64,000 nucleotides of DNA from positions 1 to 64,000 of the IMG/VR virus record IMGVR_UViG_3300036045_000002, one strand, 5' to 3'. This DNA comes from a virus. The notes beneath the pieces were generated by a model. The model was not told the DNA's origin and ran no database searches. It saw only the letters and a program-made list of their open reading frames with translations. Position numbers and translations under genes: made by a program. Of the stretch, positions 8,226 to 18,082 are shown piece by piece. The first letter of the stretch is position 1, and each line of letters starts with the position of its first letter.

Positions 8226-9269
8226 TTACGGGATGCCGGCCAGGCTGCCGGCCAACAGCGGGTTGAACGGACGCCGGACGTGGTTCCGGAACTTGACGTA
8301 GGTCGGCTGGATGACCCCACCGACCGGCTTGGCCTGCTGGCCGTTCAGGTCGAGCAGGACCGGCTGGGTCACCGGACTGCCGTTCCTGGTGATCGGCACC
8401 GGCTGGCCGAAGAACGGGACGAGCGGGACGTTCTGCTTCCGCATCGTCCCTTGGTTCAGGTACTCCTCGTCCCACTCCTCCAGGTCTTCCAGCGGGACGG
8501 TGATCGGGAACGGGTACGGGATCGTCAGCGTCGTGGTCCTCGGAGCGCCGAAGACGAGCCGGTACGACACGTTCCAGAACGACAGACCCCCCCGCCATCG
8601 TTGCTCCGCGACGATCGGAGCGCACCTGACGCGCCCCGGAGGGACGCCCAGGAACGTGTCGGAATTCACCGCGAAGTTGTAGAGGGTGGCGACCAACCTG
8701 GAGAAGGACGCCTCGTTCCGGTTAATCACCAGTACCGACCGGGCCACCTCGACCGTCGGAGCCGGACTCAACGGCTGCCCGGCGGCGTTGACGTACGGCT
8801 TGTCGTCCAGGTCGCGGGCCCGGGCCCGCGTCACGGTCTCGGCGTCCCACTTGATGGTCGGAGGCATCAACCATGGCTGGTTCTGCGCCCCGGCCGGGTC
8901 CGCCCCGAACCCGATGAACGCCGGCGGGCCGCCGTCCGGCATGTTGGTCGAATACTCGGCCGTCACCAGCCAGCACTGCCAGTCGTCCCCGAACTCCTTC
9001 TTGGCCGTGTACCGGACGAGGAGGGCCAGCAGGTCGTTCTCGCCCGTCTCCGGCAGGAAGAAGGGGGCCATCGGGGCCGGCAGGCCCGGGCAGTTGTAGA
9101 TCCCGTTGGGACCGGCGAACGGGGTCTTGGCGTGCCTCTTTTCCAACCGGACCCGCCAGACCCGGGTGTACGACCGGCTCCCGTCCGAATTGAACCCGGA
9201 CCCGGACCTGCTCTCGATGAGTTCCTCGGCCTGACCGACGAACTGGAAGCCGTAGTTCGGCACGCTCAT
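8226..9269 (-). CDS. Putative distal tail / baseplate protein
   Basis: Immediately downstream of the tape measure gene. Confidence 0.6.
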   Translation of the reverse strand: MSVPNYGFQFVGQAEELIESRSGSGFNSDGSRSYTRVWRVRLEKRHAKTPFAGPNGIYNCPGLPAPMAPFFLPETGENDLLALLVRYTAKKEFGDDWQCWLVTAEYSTNMPDGGPPAFIGFGADPAGAQNQPWLMPPTIKWDAETVTRARARDLDDKPYVNAAGQPLSPAPTVEVARSVLVINRNEASFSRLVATLYNFAVNSDTFLGVPPGRVRCAPIVAEQRWRGGLSFWNVSYRLVFGAPRTTTLTIPYPFPITVPLEDLEEWDEEYLNQGTMRKQNVPLVPFFGQPVPITRNGSPVTQPVLLDLNGQQAKPVGGVIQPTYVKFRNHVRRPFNPLLAGSLAGIP

Positions 9270-9270
9270 C

Positions 9271-12012
9271 TCACCTCCCGATGGGGATGCCGAAGAATCC
9301 GCCGGCCGCCGCGCCCGGGTTCTCCTTCAGGTACTGCTGGAGGGCCTCCAGGAGGGCCTTCTGGTAGTCCCGCTGCTCCTTCTGGAGGAATTCGGCCCGC
9401 TGGAACGTGTTCCGGATGTCCTCCAGCAGATTGACCTGCTGGAACTGTGCCTTGTTGACCGCGTCCTGGGCCTCCGACGAGCCTCGCCTCAACGCCCGCA
9501 CGGTCGGGTCCTGCTGGTCGGTGCCGGCGAACTTCTTCAGGTTGGTGAAATTCCGGATCAACCCGAATTCGTACTCCTGCTGGGTGATGATCCCCGGCGA
9601 CCCCAACGCCCCGGCGACTCCCGTCATGGACATGAGGGCGTTAGTCGCCTGTCGCATCGGGCCGTACCGGGCCTCGTTGAGCAGGCCGAGTTCCTTGTAG
9701 AAGTAGTCCAGCTGACCGCCGGCCGTCCCGATCCCGCCTTCCTGCTGCTTGGCGAACTCCCGCCTCAGGTCGCCGGCCATGTCCCGGGCCGCGGCCGACA
9801 GTTCGATGTCCACCCGCATCCCGGTCTTCGGGTCCTTGAAGGCCCCGGTCTTGGGGTAGATGGAATCGAACGGCGCGTTCAGCATTTTCCCGGTCGGGTC
9901 GAGCCGCCTGATCTCCTGGATGATCTGGGCGGCCTTGGACCGGTCCACCTGCTCTCCGGTTGGAAATCCGGTCAACTCAAACCTCTGTCCCCTCCGGGAA
10001 GCAGGCATACCTGCAACAGTTTCGCCAGTGGTCCAACTCGGGATTGCCCACGGGTTCTGCCGGAGAAATTCAAACAAATTCCCTCCCGAACTCTCTAATC
10101 CTCCGGCTTTGTTCGCCGTCCAGAATCTTAGGGCGCGAAACGGACCTTCGACCTCGACGTCCTCGTTAAACTTCGCCCAGACCTCCTCCATCAACTGGTT
10201 GCGGAGCGTCTCGATTTGAGGCATGTTCGCCTCCCTGGTCTTCACCCGCTGGGCGTCGGCGGCCCGGTTCCTGACCTCCCCGACGAGCATGTCCAGTTGA
10301 GTCTTGGTCGGGTCGAGCCCTCTCCACAACTCCGCGATTTCGGCCTCCACCTTGACCTTGTTGGCCGCCTTGTAGGCGTTCGCCCGGTCTTCGATGGCCC
10401 GGTTAGCCGCGTCCCGTCCCTTGTTGATGTCCTCGTCCGACTCCTTCCAGAACGGCGAGTTCCTCTTGACCCAGGCCCGCATGTCGTTCATCCGCTTGTC
10501 GATGTCCGCCAGCAGGTCGGCCCCGATGTCGTCCAGGAGGTTGGACGAGAACCGCTTCCACTCGGCCCGGAGCGACACCAGGAGGACCTTGAAGGCGTAC
10601 TCCAGAGCCTTCATGACAATAGCCCACGCCCCCTCGATGTCCCCGGCCGCGATGGCGTCCCGAATCCCGCCGATCACCCCCGGCATCATCTCCTTGAGCC
10701 GGCCGAATCCTTCCATGAAACCTTGGCCGAACCCGCTGAACAACCGGCCGAAGAAGGACTCGACCTGTTGCATCTCCGGGCCGTACAGGACGCTCAAGGA
10801 CGCCACGAAGGCCGCGACCGCCGGGGCCGCCGCGATCAGGAGCGGCAGGAGGGCCGACACGATCCCGACCAGGGCCGTCAGGCCGCCAACGACGGCCGCC
10901 GCGGCCATGATCGCCCGCAGGACGGCGAACGCCGCGGACAAGACCGTGACCGCGATCCCCAGGCCGAACATGGCGACCTTGAACGTGGCGTAGGTCAGGA
11001 TCATCATCGAAATGACGGCCACGACCGCCTCGTTCTCCCGCGCCCACGACCTCAGGTCTTCGATGAACTGCCGGACGGCCGAGGCCCCCTCACCGACCGC
11101 AAACCCGAACATCCTGGAGACGCCTACGACCACGTCGAACCCGTCCTTCAGGTCCCGGAAGAAGTTCCGGACGCCTTCCCCTTGGCCGAAGTTCACCGAC
11201 CCGGCCCGCATGCTCTCCAGCATGTCCGCCAGTCCGAACTCCTCGAAGAACGCCAGGCCCATGTTCCGGAGGCCGAGTTCTACCGTTTCCGCGAATGCCG
11301 ACCACCGTCCTTGGACCGTCTGGCTCTGCCTGTCCATCATGTTGAAGAACAGACCACCTTCCTGGGTCATCAGGTTGAAGGCGCGGACGACGTCCGCGAA
11401 GCTCACCTGCCCTTCCTCGATCAACCTCTTGATGGCGTAGGTCGGCCTCCCCGTCGCCTTGCCGACGTATTCGTAAATCGGCACGCCGGCGTTGATGAAC
11501 TGCCGGGCCTCCGGACCCATCAGCCGGCCGGCGACCTTTACCTGGCCGAACGCCAGGACGATCCGGTCGAGTTGACTCCCGGTCCCGGACGACACGTCGC
11601 CGAGGGCCCGGAGGGTCGGCAGTATCTGGTCGGTGGCGACCCCGAACGCCTTGAGTTGCTTGGCGTTTTCGAGGAGTTCGGTAGACCTGAAGGGGGTCTC
11701 GATGGCGAGTTGCGTAATGTCCGCGATGGTGGACTTGGCCTGCTCGGCGCTGCCCGTCATCACCTCGAAGGCGACCTGGATCCGTTGGTAGTCGGCGGCC
11801 AGCTTGATGGCGATCAGCCCGGACGCGGCCATCGCCGTCCCCATCGCCGTGACCGCACCGGCGGCCGCGACGAAGGGGACGGACAACAACCCGCCAATCC
11901 CGGAGACGTTTTGGACGAAGCTGATGAGGCGGGCCTCGACCCCGGCCATCACCCGGTTGTAGGGGGCCGCGTCGCCCAGCAGCCTGACCACGACCCGTTC
12001 GACGTCCATCAC
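9271..12012 (-). CDS. Tape measure protein
   Basis: Tape-measure domain (FEVMTGSAEQA...ETPF...LGDVSSG), hydrophobic central segment, follows the chaperone genes. Confidence 0.92.
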   Translation of the reverse strand: MMDVERVVVRLLGDAAPYNRVMAGVEARLISFVQNVSGIGGLLSVPFVAAAGAVTAMGTAMAASGLIAIKLAADYQRIQVAFEVMTGSAEQAKSTIADITQLAIETPFRSTELLENAKQLKAFGVATDQILPTLRALGDVSSGTGSQLDRIVLAFGQVKVAGRLMGPEARQFINAGVPIYEYVGKATGRPTYAIKRLIEEGQVSFADVVRAFNLMTQEGGLFFNMMDRQSQTVQGRWSAFAETVELGLRNMGLAFFEEFGLADMLESMRAGSVNFGQGEGVRNFFRDLKDGFDVVVGVSRMFGFAVGEGASAVRQFIEDLRSWARENEAVVAVISMMILTYATFKVAMFGLGIAVTVLSAAFAVLRAIMAAAAVVGGLTALVGIVSALLPLLIAAAPAVAAFVASLSVLYGPEMQQVESFFGRLFSGFGQGFMEGFGRLKEMMPGVIGGIRDAIAAGDIEGAWAIVMKALEYAFKVLLVSLRAEWKRFSSNLLDDIGADLLADIDKRMNDMRAWVKRNSPFWKESDEDINKGRDAANRAIEDRANAYKAANKVKVEAEIAELWRGLDPTKTQLDMLVGEVRNRAADAQRVKTREANMPQIETLRNQLMEEVWAKFNEDVEVEGPFRALRFWTANKAGGLESSGGNLFEFLRQNPWAIPSWTTGETVAGMPASRRGQRFELTGFPTGEQVDRSKAAQIIQEIRRLDPTGKMLNAPFDSIYPKTGAFKDPKTGMRVDIELSAAARDMAGDLRREFAKQQEGGIGTAGGQLDYFYKELGLLNEARYGPMRQATNALMSMTGVAGALGSPGIITQQEYEFGLIRNFTNLKKFAGTDQQDPTVRALRRGSSEAQDAVNKAQFQQVNLLEDIRNTFQRAEFLQKEQRDYQKALLEALQQYLKENPGAAAGGFFGIPIGR

Positions 12013-12530
12013 GACTCCGGTTGTGTCGGCGGCTGGACCCGCTGGTTGTTACGCTCCACCGGGGCCGGCACCGTCGCCTTGGGGGCGTTGGCCGGAATGT
12101 CCGGCGGCTTCCTGGTGGCGTACTGCCGGCCAGGAACCGGCTTCCCGTCCTGGCCGAGACCGAGGGCCCGGAACATCGCCTGCTTGGAGGCGTTCATCCT
12201 GGCGATCTCGTCCTCCGTCATCTCCTGGAATTCCTGGTCGTCTTCCAGGCCGACGACCTCGTCCTCTCGGACCTTGAACTTCATGAAGAAGTCGCGGAAC
12301 TTTACCGACGGCTTGCCGCCGAATATCCGGTACGGGATGCAATGGACTTCCCAGGCGATGGCGGCGAGGTAATGGTCGAGTTTGGTCTCCTCGTTCCACT
12401 CCTCGTCGATCAGCTTCCGGTACTTGAAGAACTCGCGGGCGGACACGGACTGCCGGGCCTCGCCCGGGGACTTTCCGGTCCGCCGGGCGATCTCGAACCA
12501 TGTCCTGTCCGTCCCGCTCAGCCGTTTTTT
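12009..12530 (-). CDS. Tail assembly chaperone GT extension (-1 frame)
   Basis: Frame LKKRLSGTDRTWFEIARR opens at the slippery site and runs to the tape measure start. Confidence 0.75.
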   Translation of the reverse strand, partial: KKRLSGTDRTWFEIARRTGKSPGEARQSVSAREFFKYRKLIDEEWNEETKLDHYLAAIAWEVHCIPYRIFGGKPSVKFRDFFMKFKVREDEVVGLEDDQEFQEMTEDEIARMNASKQAMFRALGLGQDGKPVPGRQYATRKPPDIPANAPKATVPAPVERNNQRVQPPTQPES

Positions 12531-12916
12531 GAGTCGCCGTCCTCGTCGTCCAGGCCGTTCATCTTCCTGGCCTCGGCGAACAACCTGGTCTGGATGGACG
12601 ACGGCCACTTGTCGATGACGTCCTTCGACACCGGGGCGTTGGTCTGCTTGTCCCACAGGCACAAGGCCAGCAGGCTGGACATGAACTTGGTGAAGTCGGA
12701 CCTGGCCACGTCCGGCCGGCCCTTCTTGTCCCGCTTGGCCCGACCGGCCAGGATTTGCATCCACTTGGCCAGCCCCTCGCCGTTCATCTCCCGGAGTTCG
12801 TACTGCGCGACCCCGGACGTCCGGTTGATGGTCACCGGGACGACCTTCGGAAGGTCGTCGAACACCAGGCCTTCCGACTCGTCCGTCGTTTCGGCCACTT
12901 CGCTCTCGTCTGTCAC
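12518..12916 (-). CDS. Tail assembly chaperone (gpG-like)
   Basis: Between tail tube and tape measure; ends with a slippery heptamer. Confidence 0.8.
   Translation of the reverse strand: MTDESEVAETTDESEGLVFDDLPKVVPVTINRTSGVAQYELREMNGEGLAKWMQILAGRAKRDKKGRPDVARSDFTKFMSSLLALCLWDKQTNAPVSKDVIDKWPSSIQTRLFAEARKMNGLDDEDGDSKNG
12524..12530 (-). other. Programmed -1 frameshift site A AAA AAC
   Basis: Minus strand reads TCA AAA AAC GGC TGA, an X XXY YYZ heptamer. Confidence 0.8.
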
Positions 12917-13033
12917 GGCGCTTACTCCTTCGTCACGAAATCGAATAGCCGGCGGACAGTTCGACTCCCGCCACCGGATTCGGGAGTTTTCACACCCGCG
13001 TCGCGGGAGTCGGTCACACGCGAAAGGCGGCGT

Positions 13034-13468
13034 TTACGGGGTGTAGACCGGAAGGGCTTCCGCCCCGGTGAGGGAGTTGATGTTGGACGGAATAATGGTC
13101 ATCGCCGCGATCGGCTCCTCCCCCTCCTTGTGTTCCTGAGGCTTGAACGTGTCTAGCCAACCGTAGAACAGGATGGTGCTCGTGTCCGGGTATGCGATGG
13201 TGATCGGCTGGTTCAACTGGATCGGGACGACCATCGGGACGAACGACGCCGGGTCCCACTGGACGTTGACGGTCATTTCCGTCAACGTGACGAGGGACTT
13301 GGAGATGCGGGTCCTGACCAGGACGTTTCGCATGTTGGTGATGTCAATCATCCCGCCGCCGTCCCACCCGATCGGGGTGAGCGTTTTCTCCACCAGGGTC
13401 AGTGGAAACCCGGGGTCCAGGACGCCGAACAAGATGGTCGTGGAGTGCCCGTTCCTCAACAGTGCCAT
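13034..13468 (-). CDS. Major tail tube protein
   Basis: Size, position before the chaperone, pattern IDITNM...TIAYPD..FYGWL. Confidence 0.7.
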   Translation of the reverse strand: MALLRNGHSTTILFGVLDPGFPLTLVEKTLTPIGWDGGGMIDITNMRNVLVRTRISKSLVTLTEMTVNVQWDPASFVPMVVPIQLNQPITIAYPDTSTILFYGWLDTFKPQEHKEGEEPIAAMTIIPSNINSLTGAEALPVYTP

Positions 13469-13520
13469 ATGGATTCTCCGGTCAAGGGGTCGGAATCATC
13501 CGTGGGAAGGGCGGGCAGGG

Positions 13521-14180
13521 TCAGTTGTAGAACACGGCGGCGTACAAGGTTGCGACCGCGTCCACCTTGGACTGCGAGAACCCGACCTTGCCGAGGGTCG
13601 CGCCGGCGATCGGACTCGTCCCGTAGTTGCTGTCCCAGAAGTACGTCCAGTTGCTGGGGGTGCCGGCGTCTTTCTTCATCTGGAAGGTCGCGACGACCGT
13701 CGTACCGTCGGCCGCGAAGAACGTGATCCCGGAGTTAACCGGGGCCGACAGGACGATGTGCGTCACGTTGTTCCCGACGGCCGAGAAGTCCTCCTTGGCC
13801 GGCACCATCGCGGTCAACTCCGACGCGGCCACCGGCAGGTTGTCGCCGGTCCCGCCGCTGACCGGGACCGAGTTGCCCGAGACCGTCCCGACCGTCATGT
13901 TCAGCCTGGACCAGTTGAACGTCTTGAGCGTGGACCCGGTCCCGGTCGTCGTCGTCCAGAAGATGTCGAGCTTGTTACCGGTCGCGATCCCGTGACCGGA
14001 GGCCATCGTGAGCGTGCCGGTGCTGTTGTCCGTCCTGGTCGTCAGGGTGCCTGACTTGGCGGCCGGGACCTCAGGGTTGGCCGATAGCCGGTTGTCCACC
14101 AGCGTCTCGTCCTGCCTCTTGTACGTCCCGGTGTCCCCGACAATGGACAGACTGATCGTCTTCTTCACCGTGAACGGCAT
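13521..14180 (-). CDS. Putative virion structural protein
   Basis: T/S/G-rich beta protein in the head-tail region. Confidence 0.55.
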   Translation of the reverse strand: MPFTVKKTISLSIVGDTGTYKRQDETLVDNRLSANPEVPAAKSGTLTTRTDNSTGTLTMASGHGIATGNKLDIFWTTTTGTGSTLKTFNWSRLNMTVGTVSGNSVPVSGGTGDNLPVAASELTAMVPAKEDFSAVGNNVTHIVLSAPVNSGITFFAADGTTVVATFQMKKDAGTPSNWTYFWDSNYGTSPIAGATLGKVGFSQSKVDAVATLYAAVFYN

Positions 14181-14181
14181 G

Positions 14182-14604
14182 CTACAACTCCTCGATGGTG
14201 GCGGCGAAATTGGACGAGAAGAGGAATCGCCGGTTCTTCTCCTCCTGACCCAGCGGGAGGACGGACGACACGAGTTGGACCGAATGCACCAGGTAGTTCT
14301 TGGAATCGACGGCGACCGTTTTCCTGGTCGCCTGCTCCGTCAGGAACTTGGTGACGGCCAACAACTTCTGCGCCCCGGTCTCGGCGACCGGAGACCGGCT
14401 GGTGACCTGGACCCCGTAGTGTTGGGACGGCTCGCCGGTCCGTTGGTTGATCCCGTCCATCCGGTTCGGGCCGTCCCGGACGAACAACACCCGGTCACCT
14501 TCGTCCGTCACGTTATGGACGAACGTCCGCCAGTCCCCGGAGTTGGCCCCGACACCCTCCTGGATCAGGAGTTGCTGGACGACTTTCGCGGCCGTGTGCG
14601 TCAC
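14182..14604 (-). CDS. Putative tail terminator / minor capsid protein
   Basis: Position; C-terminal LPLGQEEKNRRFLFSSNF pattern. Confidence 0.65.
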   Translation of the reverse strand: MTHTAAKVVQQLLIQEGVGANSGDWRTFVHNVTDEGDRVLFVRDGPNRMDGINQRTGEPSQHYGVQVTSRSPVAETGAQKLLAVTKFLTEQATRKTVAVDSKNYLVHSVQLVSSVLPLGQEEKNRRFLFSSNFAATIEEL

Positions 14605-15017
14605 GAGGTAAACCCGCCTGTGCTGAGTTTAACGGTCGGGGTGCCTAGGCTGGCCTGGAGGCGACGCCTGATGAGGGCCGCCATGGTGCCCTTGAGTTCT
14701 CGGGTCGCTCGCTCCAGGTACTTGTAACACGTCGGCGGAGCGTGGACCACGTCCGGCATCTCGTGGACGATCATGGCGTAAGGGGCACCAGGCCCGCCGT
14801 ACACGACCCGATACCGGAACTGCGTCTTTGTCCGGTATTCCTTCTCCTTCCGGCCGGACTTCTTCAGCTTGGCGGTATCGACCGGGACGTAGGTCTGCGA
14901 TCTGACCAGGACCATGTCGGCGCACTGCCCCAAAGCCCCGTCGGCGGTGTCCACGTCCTTGTCGTAGATCCGCCGCATGGCCTCGATGGTCTTCCCCACC
15001 CCGTCAATCCGGATCAC
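14601..15017 (-). CDS. HK97 gp10-like tail completion protein
   Basis: Motifs YVPVDTAKLKKS, YAMIVHE, KYLERA. Confidence 0.75.
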   Translation of the reverse strand: MIRIDGVGKTIEAMRRIYDKDVDTADGALGQCADMVLVRSQTYVPVDTAKLKKSGRKEKEYRTKTQFRYRVVYGGPGAPYAMIVHEMPDVVHAPPTCYKYLERATRELKGTMAALIRRRLQASLGTPTVKLSTGGFTS

Positions 15018-15029
15018 GCCTTCGACTCC

Positions 15030-15404
15030 TCACAAGTATGCGATCCGGAGGAATTCGTCCCCGTCCAGGGTCGGGATCCGGTCGAATCTCCGGATTTCGT
15101 AGGCCTTCGGGTTGGCGAACGGGTCGGACTCGCTCACCAGTTCCGCCAACCCGGACCCGACGGAGTTGTCCGCCACGGCCGGGGATAGCCACAGGACGCC
15201 GAGTTCGGTCAAGTCCTCCCCGACATACACCTTGGACTTGCTGACCTGCTCGTTCCCCTGCCGGTCTAGAAACATCTCGGTCACTTCCTCCCACCGGACC
15301 AGGAGTTCGACCGGCTCTCCGAACGTCCGGGTCGCCTCGTCGCTCAACGGCCCAGGAGGCCAGTACACCGCCCACTGGACCCGCATGTCCTCCAGAATGT
15401 CCAT
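15030..15404 (-). CDS. Putative head closure / stopper protein
   Basis: Start MDILEDM coupled to the upstream stop; position. Confidence 0.6.
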   Translation of the reverse strand: MDILEDMRVQWAVYWPPGPLSDEATRTFGEPVELLVRWEEVTEMFLDRQGNEQVSKSKVYVGEDLTELGVLWLSPAVADNSVGSGLAELVSESDPFANPKAYEIRRFDRIPTLDGDEFLRIAYL

Positions 15405-15826
15405 CACGGAATCTCCGACGCCAAGGACGTGATACTGGTGGCGGACTCCGCCGACTGCGCCGCGTCCGCGGCCTTCAGCGTCCCGGACACGTCCAACACC
15501 TTGACCTGCTGGCCGTAACTCGTCATCCCGAGGCCGATGTCGTCCCGCTGCCGGTTCATGGCGTAGGTGACCGACACCTGCCCGGCCTTCTCCGAGGTCA
15601 CCCGCGGCTTGAAGACGCAGAAGAAGTGCGCCGCCAGGTACCGTTCGATCTGCTCCAGGATCAGGACGTCGGCCGCGACCGTCTCGTCGTACTTGCCGGA
15701 CGCCACGCACAGCCTGGAGACGAGGATGTTGGCGGTCTCGATGGCCTCCGTGAGCGCCGCCTCCTCGACGGCGTTAGGTTTGACCTTGAGAATCCGCCTG
15801 ACCCGAACCTCGGTCGTGCGTGGCAC
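15404..15826 (-). CDS. Head-tail connector / adaptor
   Basis: Motifs IERYLAAHF, SEKAGQVSVTY, TSYGQQ. Confidence 0.75.
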   Translation of the reverse strand: MPRTTEVRVRRILKVKPNAVEEAALTEAIETANILVSRLCVASGKYDETVAADVLILEQIERYLAAHFFCVFKPRVTSEKAGQVSVTYAMNRQRDDIGLGMTSYGQQVKVLDVSGTLKAADAAQSAESATSITSLASEIP

Positions 15827-15856
15827 GGCGTCCCCCGGTAGAAGCCTGAATCCTGG

Positions 15857-16423
15857 TCACTTCTTGATCTTGGCCTTCCGGATGGCAGCGGCAACGGACT
15901 TCTTGTCGGGGATCGGCTTTCCGACCTTCTTGCCGTCCTTGGCCAGGAGGTAGCCCTTCTCGCCTTTGAACACCGACAGGCCGGCGTCCGGGGCCGCGTG
16001 AAACTGGTCGGTGACGTCCGCCCCGAGGTCTTCGTCTTCCTCCGTCGGCGACGCCTCGTCCTCCTCTCCCTCGGCCTCCGTCTCGGCGTCGTCCACCTCC
16101 GGGTACTCGTCCTCGTCCTCCCCACGGGCGGCCGCCCCCTGTTTGGACGTGCTGGACTTGCCGGCCTTCGGGACGTCCGGGAGGCGGGTCTTGACGGCCT
16201 TCTTGACCTTCAGGTGTTCGGCGTCGTCCATGACCCGGCCGGACTGGTCGAGCGAGTCGTCGTGGTCGCGGCCCTTCTTGGTCCGACCTTCCAGGCGCTC
16301 GAATTTGCCGGGGAAGGCGACGTCCAACTCGTTATCGGAGTCGAACTCGTCCCCGGCGCGGTAGGTCTCGCCGTCCCCCTCCTGGTGGGGGGCCGCGTTC
16401 GGGAGTAAACGGAAGCGAGGCAT
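15857..16423 (-). CDS. Hypothetical charged protein downstream of the capsid gene
   Basis: Acidic middle, basic end; AAGGAG ribosome-binding site. Confidence 0.65.
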   Translation of the reverse strand: MPRFRLLPNAAPHQEGDGETYRAGDEFDSDNELDVAFPGKFERLEGRTKKGRDHDDSLDQSGRVMDDAEHLKVKKAVKTRLPDVPKAGKSSTSKQGAAARGEDEDEYPEVDDAETEAEGEEDEASPTEEDEDLGADVTDQFHAAPDAGLSVFKGEKGYLLAKDGKKVGKPIPDKKSVAAAIRKAKIKK

Positions 16424-16475
16424 ATGATCTCCTTCGTGAGGAATCCGGAAGCGGGCGACCTGGTCTGGTTGAACG

Positions 16476-17540
16476 TTACGGGGCCACGCCGTCCACGATC
16501 CCGGTGTTCCCGTCGCTGTTCGACCGGAGGCGGGGGACCATGATGCCCATGACCTTGAAGTTCTTCTGCATCCCGCCGTGGGAGTCCCACTGGAGGGTCC
16601 GGAGCCGCATGCCGGTGACGGCTTGGATCACGTCCGAGGTCATCTGGACGAGGAGGATCCGGTAGCCCGACAGGTAGTCGGCCTTCCGCCAGATCCGAAC
16701 GTCGTCGTTCCGCCGGAGCCGGTCCATCGTCGTCACGCCGGGGTAGGCGGCCGAGTAGTCGGCGTACAGGTATTTCGTCCAGGCCGGGCTGTACCAGACC
16801 ATGTACGGCCCGTTGAAGTACACGTCCTGGGCGGCCTGGATCATGTCCAGGACCTCGTTGTTCAGCGTCTCCGGCGTCCAGCCCACCGCCGTCGGGTTGG
16901 TCAGGGTCTTCGTCAGCCTGGCCGGGAAGTTCGTCAGCCCGTACACCGTCCCGCCGCCGTAGGTGTACGAACTGGTCGTGCCGAGGGTCAGCTTTTCGAT
17001 CTGCTCCACGCACTTCCTGGTCGTTTGCTCGACCATCGTCGTGTCGAGCGGCATCCCCTGACCCTGGCTGACCGCGATCTCCCGCAAGGAGAAGTGGAAG
17101 TCACCATGGACGATTGGTAGCGGCAGGTTGCCGATGTCGAACTGCGGCCGGTCGCGTTCGGCCTGCCGGAGGCCGTCCATGCTGAGCGTGGCGTTGCCGG
17201 CGTCGGTCATCGTCTGGTGCTGGAGGACGGTGACACTCATCCCGTTCGGGATGTTGTACGTCAGCCCGGCCCCCACGATGTCCCCCCACACCCGGAGCAT
17301 CGGCCGGGCGGCCCGGAGGACGGCCTCGTCCATCTGCATCCACTGGTCCTTCCGGAGGGTCGCCGGGGCGTTGGTGTACTGCACCTCCTCCTTCCCCATC
17401 GCCCGGTTGAAGACCTTGACGCAGTTCCGCCCCCGACCGTCCACGAACGGCCGGAGGACTCCGGTGTCCATGCCGGACGCCAACAGCCGGTCGGCCACGT
17501 CGCCCGACCCCTGCTGCTTGTAGATGAATTCGACTGCCAT
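16476..17540 (-). CDS. Major capsid protein (HK97 fold, encapsulin/linocin-like subfamily)
   Basis: LPLPIVHGDFHFSLREI...PLDTT, YGLTNFP; follows scaffold and decoration genes. Confidence 0.88.
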   Translation of the reverse strand: MAVEFIYKQQGSGDVADRLLASGMDTGVLRPFVDGRGRNCVKVFNRAMGKEEVQYTNAPATLRKDQWMQMDEAVLRAARPMLRVWGDIVGAGLTYNIPNGMSVTVLQHQTMTDAGNATLSMDGLRQAERDRPQFDIGNLPLPIVHGDFHFSLREIAVSQGQGMPLDTTMVEQTTRKCVEQIEKLTLGTTSSYTYGGGTVYGLTNFPARLTKTLTNPTAVGWTPETLNNEVLDMIQAAQDVYFNGPYMVWYSPAWTKYLYADYSAAYPGVTTMDRLRRNDDVRIWRKADYLSGYRILLVQMTSDVIQAVTGMRLRTLQWDSHGGMQKNFKVMGIMVPRLRSNSDGNTGIVDGVAP

Positions 17541-17604
17541 TTTGCCCTCTCAGGTGCGTTTGGTGAGTTTCTTGTTGGCGGGACGGGACGGCGATCAAGA
17601 TTGG

Positions 17605-18030
17605 TCACTTGATCCTGATCTTGACCCACCCGGTCGAACCGGACGTGGTCACGGCCTCCTCGGCGAACCCGAAGATGTCGTCGGACGTCGCCGTGACCAC
17701 CTTCTTCAAGTACCCGTCGCCGTTGGAGACCAGTTGGTCGTTGATGACGATGGTCTGGGAGGCGGCCAGGCGCATGTACAGGACCTCGCCCGGCGTGGCC
17801 TGGTGATACCGGACCAGGTCGCCGGAGGCGTAGGCGTCTACCGTGGTCTTGCCGATCAGGGCGTCCTCGATGGCCACCCCCCGGTTCCAGTTCCCGACCG
17901 CGGTGCCGTGCGGGATCAGCAACCCGCTGGTGTTCTTCGCCAGCGCCATCCCGGGCAGGATCGACGCGGCGGCCCGTCCCTCCTCGTAGAAGGAACCCAT
18001 GTCGCCCTTGAGCAGAATCGTGTTCGGCAT
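17605..18030 (-). CDS. Capsid decoration / cement protein
   Basis: Between protease and capsid; pattern AAASILPG...LVSNGDGYLK. Confidence 0.7.
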   Translation of the reverse strand: MPNTILLKGDMGSFYEEGRAAASILPGMALAKNTSGLLIPHGTAVGNWNRGVAIEDALIGKTTVDAYASGDLVRYHQATPGEVLYMRLAASQTIVINDQLVSNGDGYLKKVVTATSDDIFGFAEEAVTTSGSTGWVKIRIK

Positions 18031-18082
18031 CAGCCGTCTCCTGGAAGGTTAGTAATTTCTGGTAGCGGCGCTCGGTCCGGCG

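Noticed and set aside
7723-8625. N-terminal ~300 aa of the 1011-aa ORF 5590-8625
   Set aside because: R/G/P-rich off-frame read of two real genes; the plausible start is ATG 7722.
10216-12372. 718-aa + strand ORF and many similar long antisense or alternative-frame ORFs
   Set aside because: Shadow ORFs of high-GC3 genes; no motifs, and they lie opposite or over well-supported genes.
16476-17540. Encapsulin nanocompartment
   Set aside because: Lies in a protease-decoration-capsid-connector gene order, so it is the phage major capsid protein.
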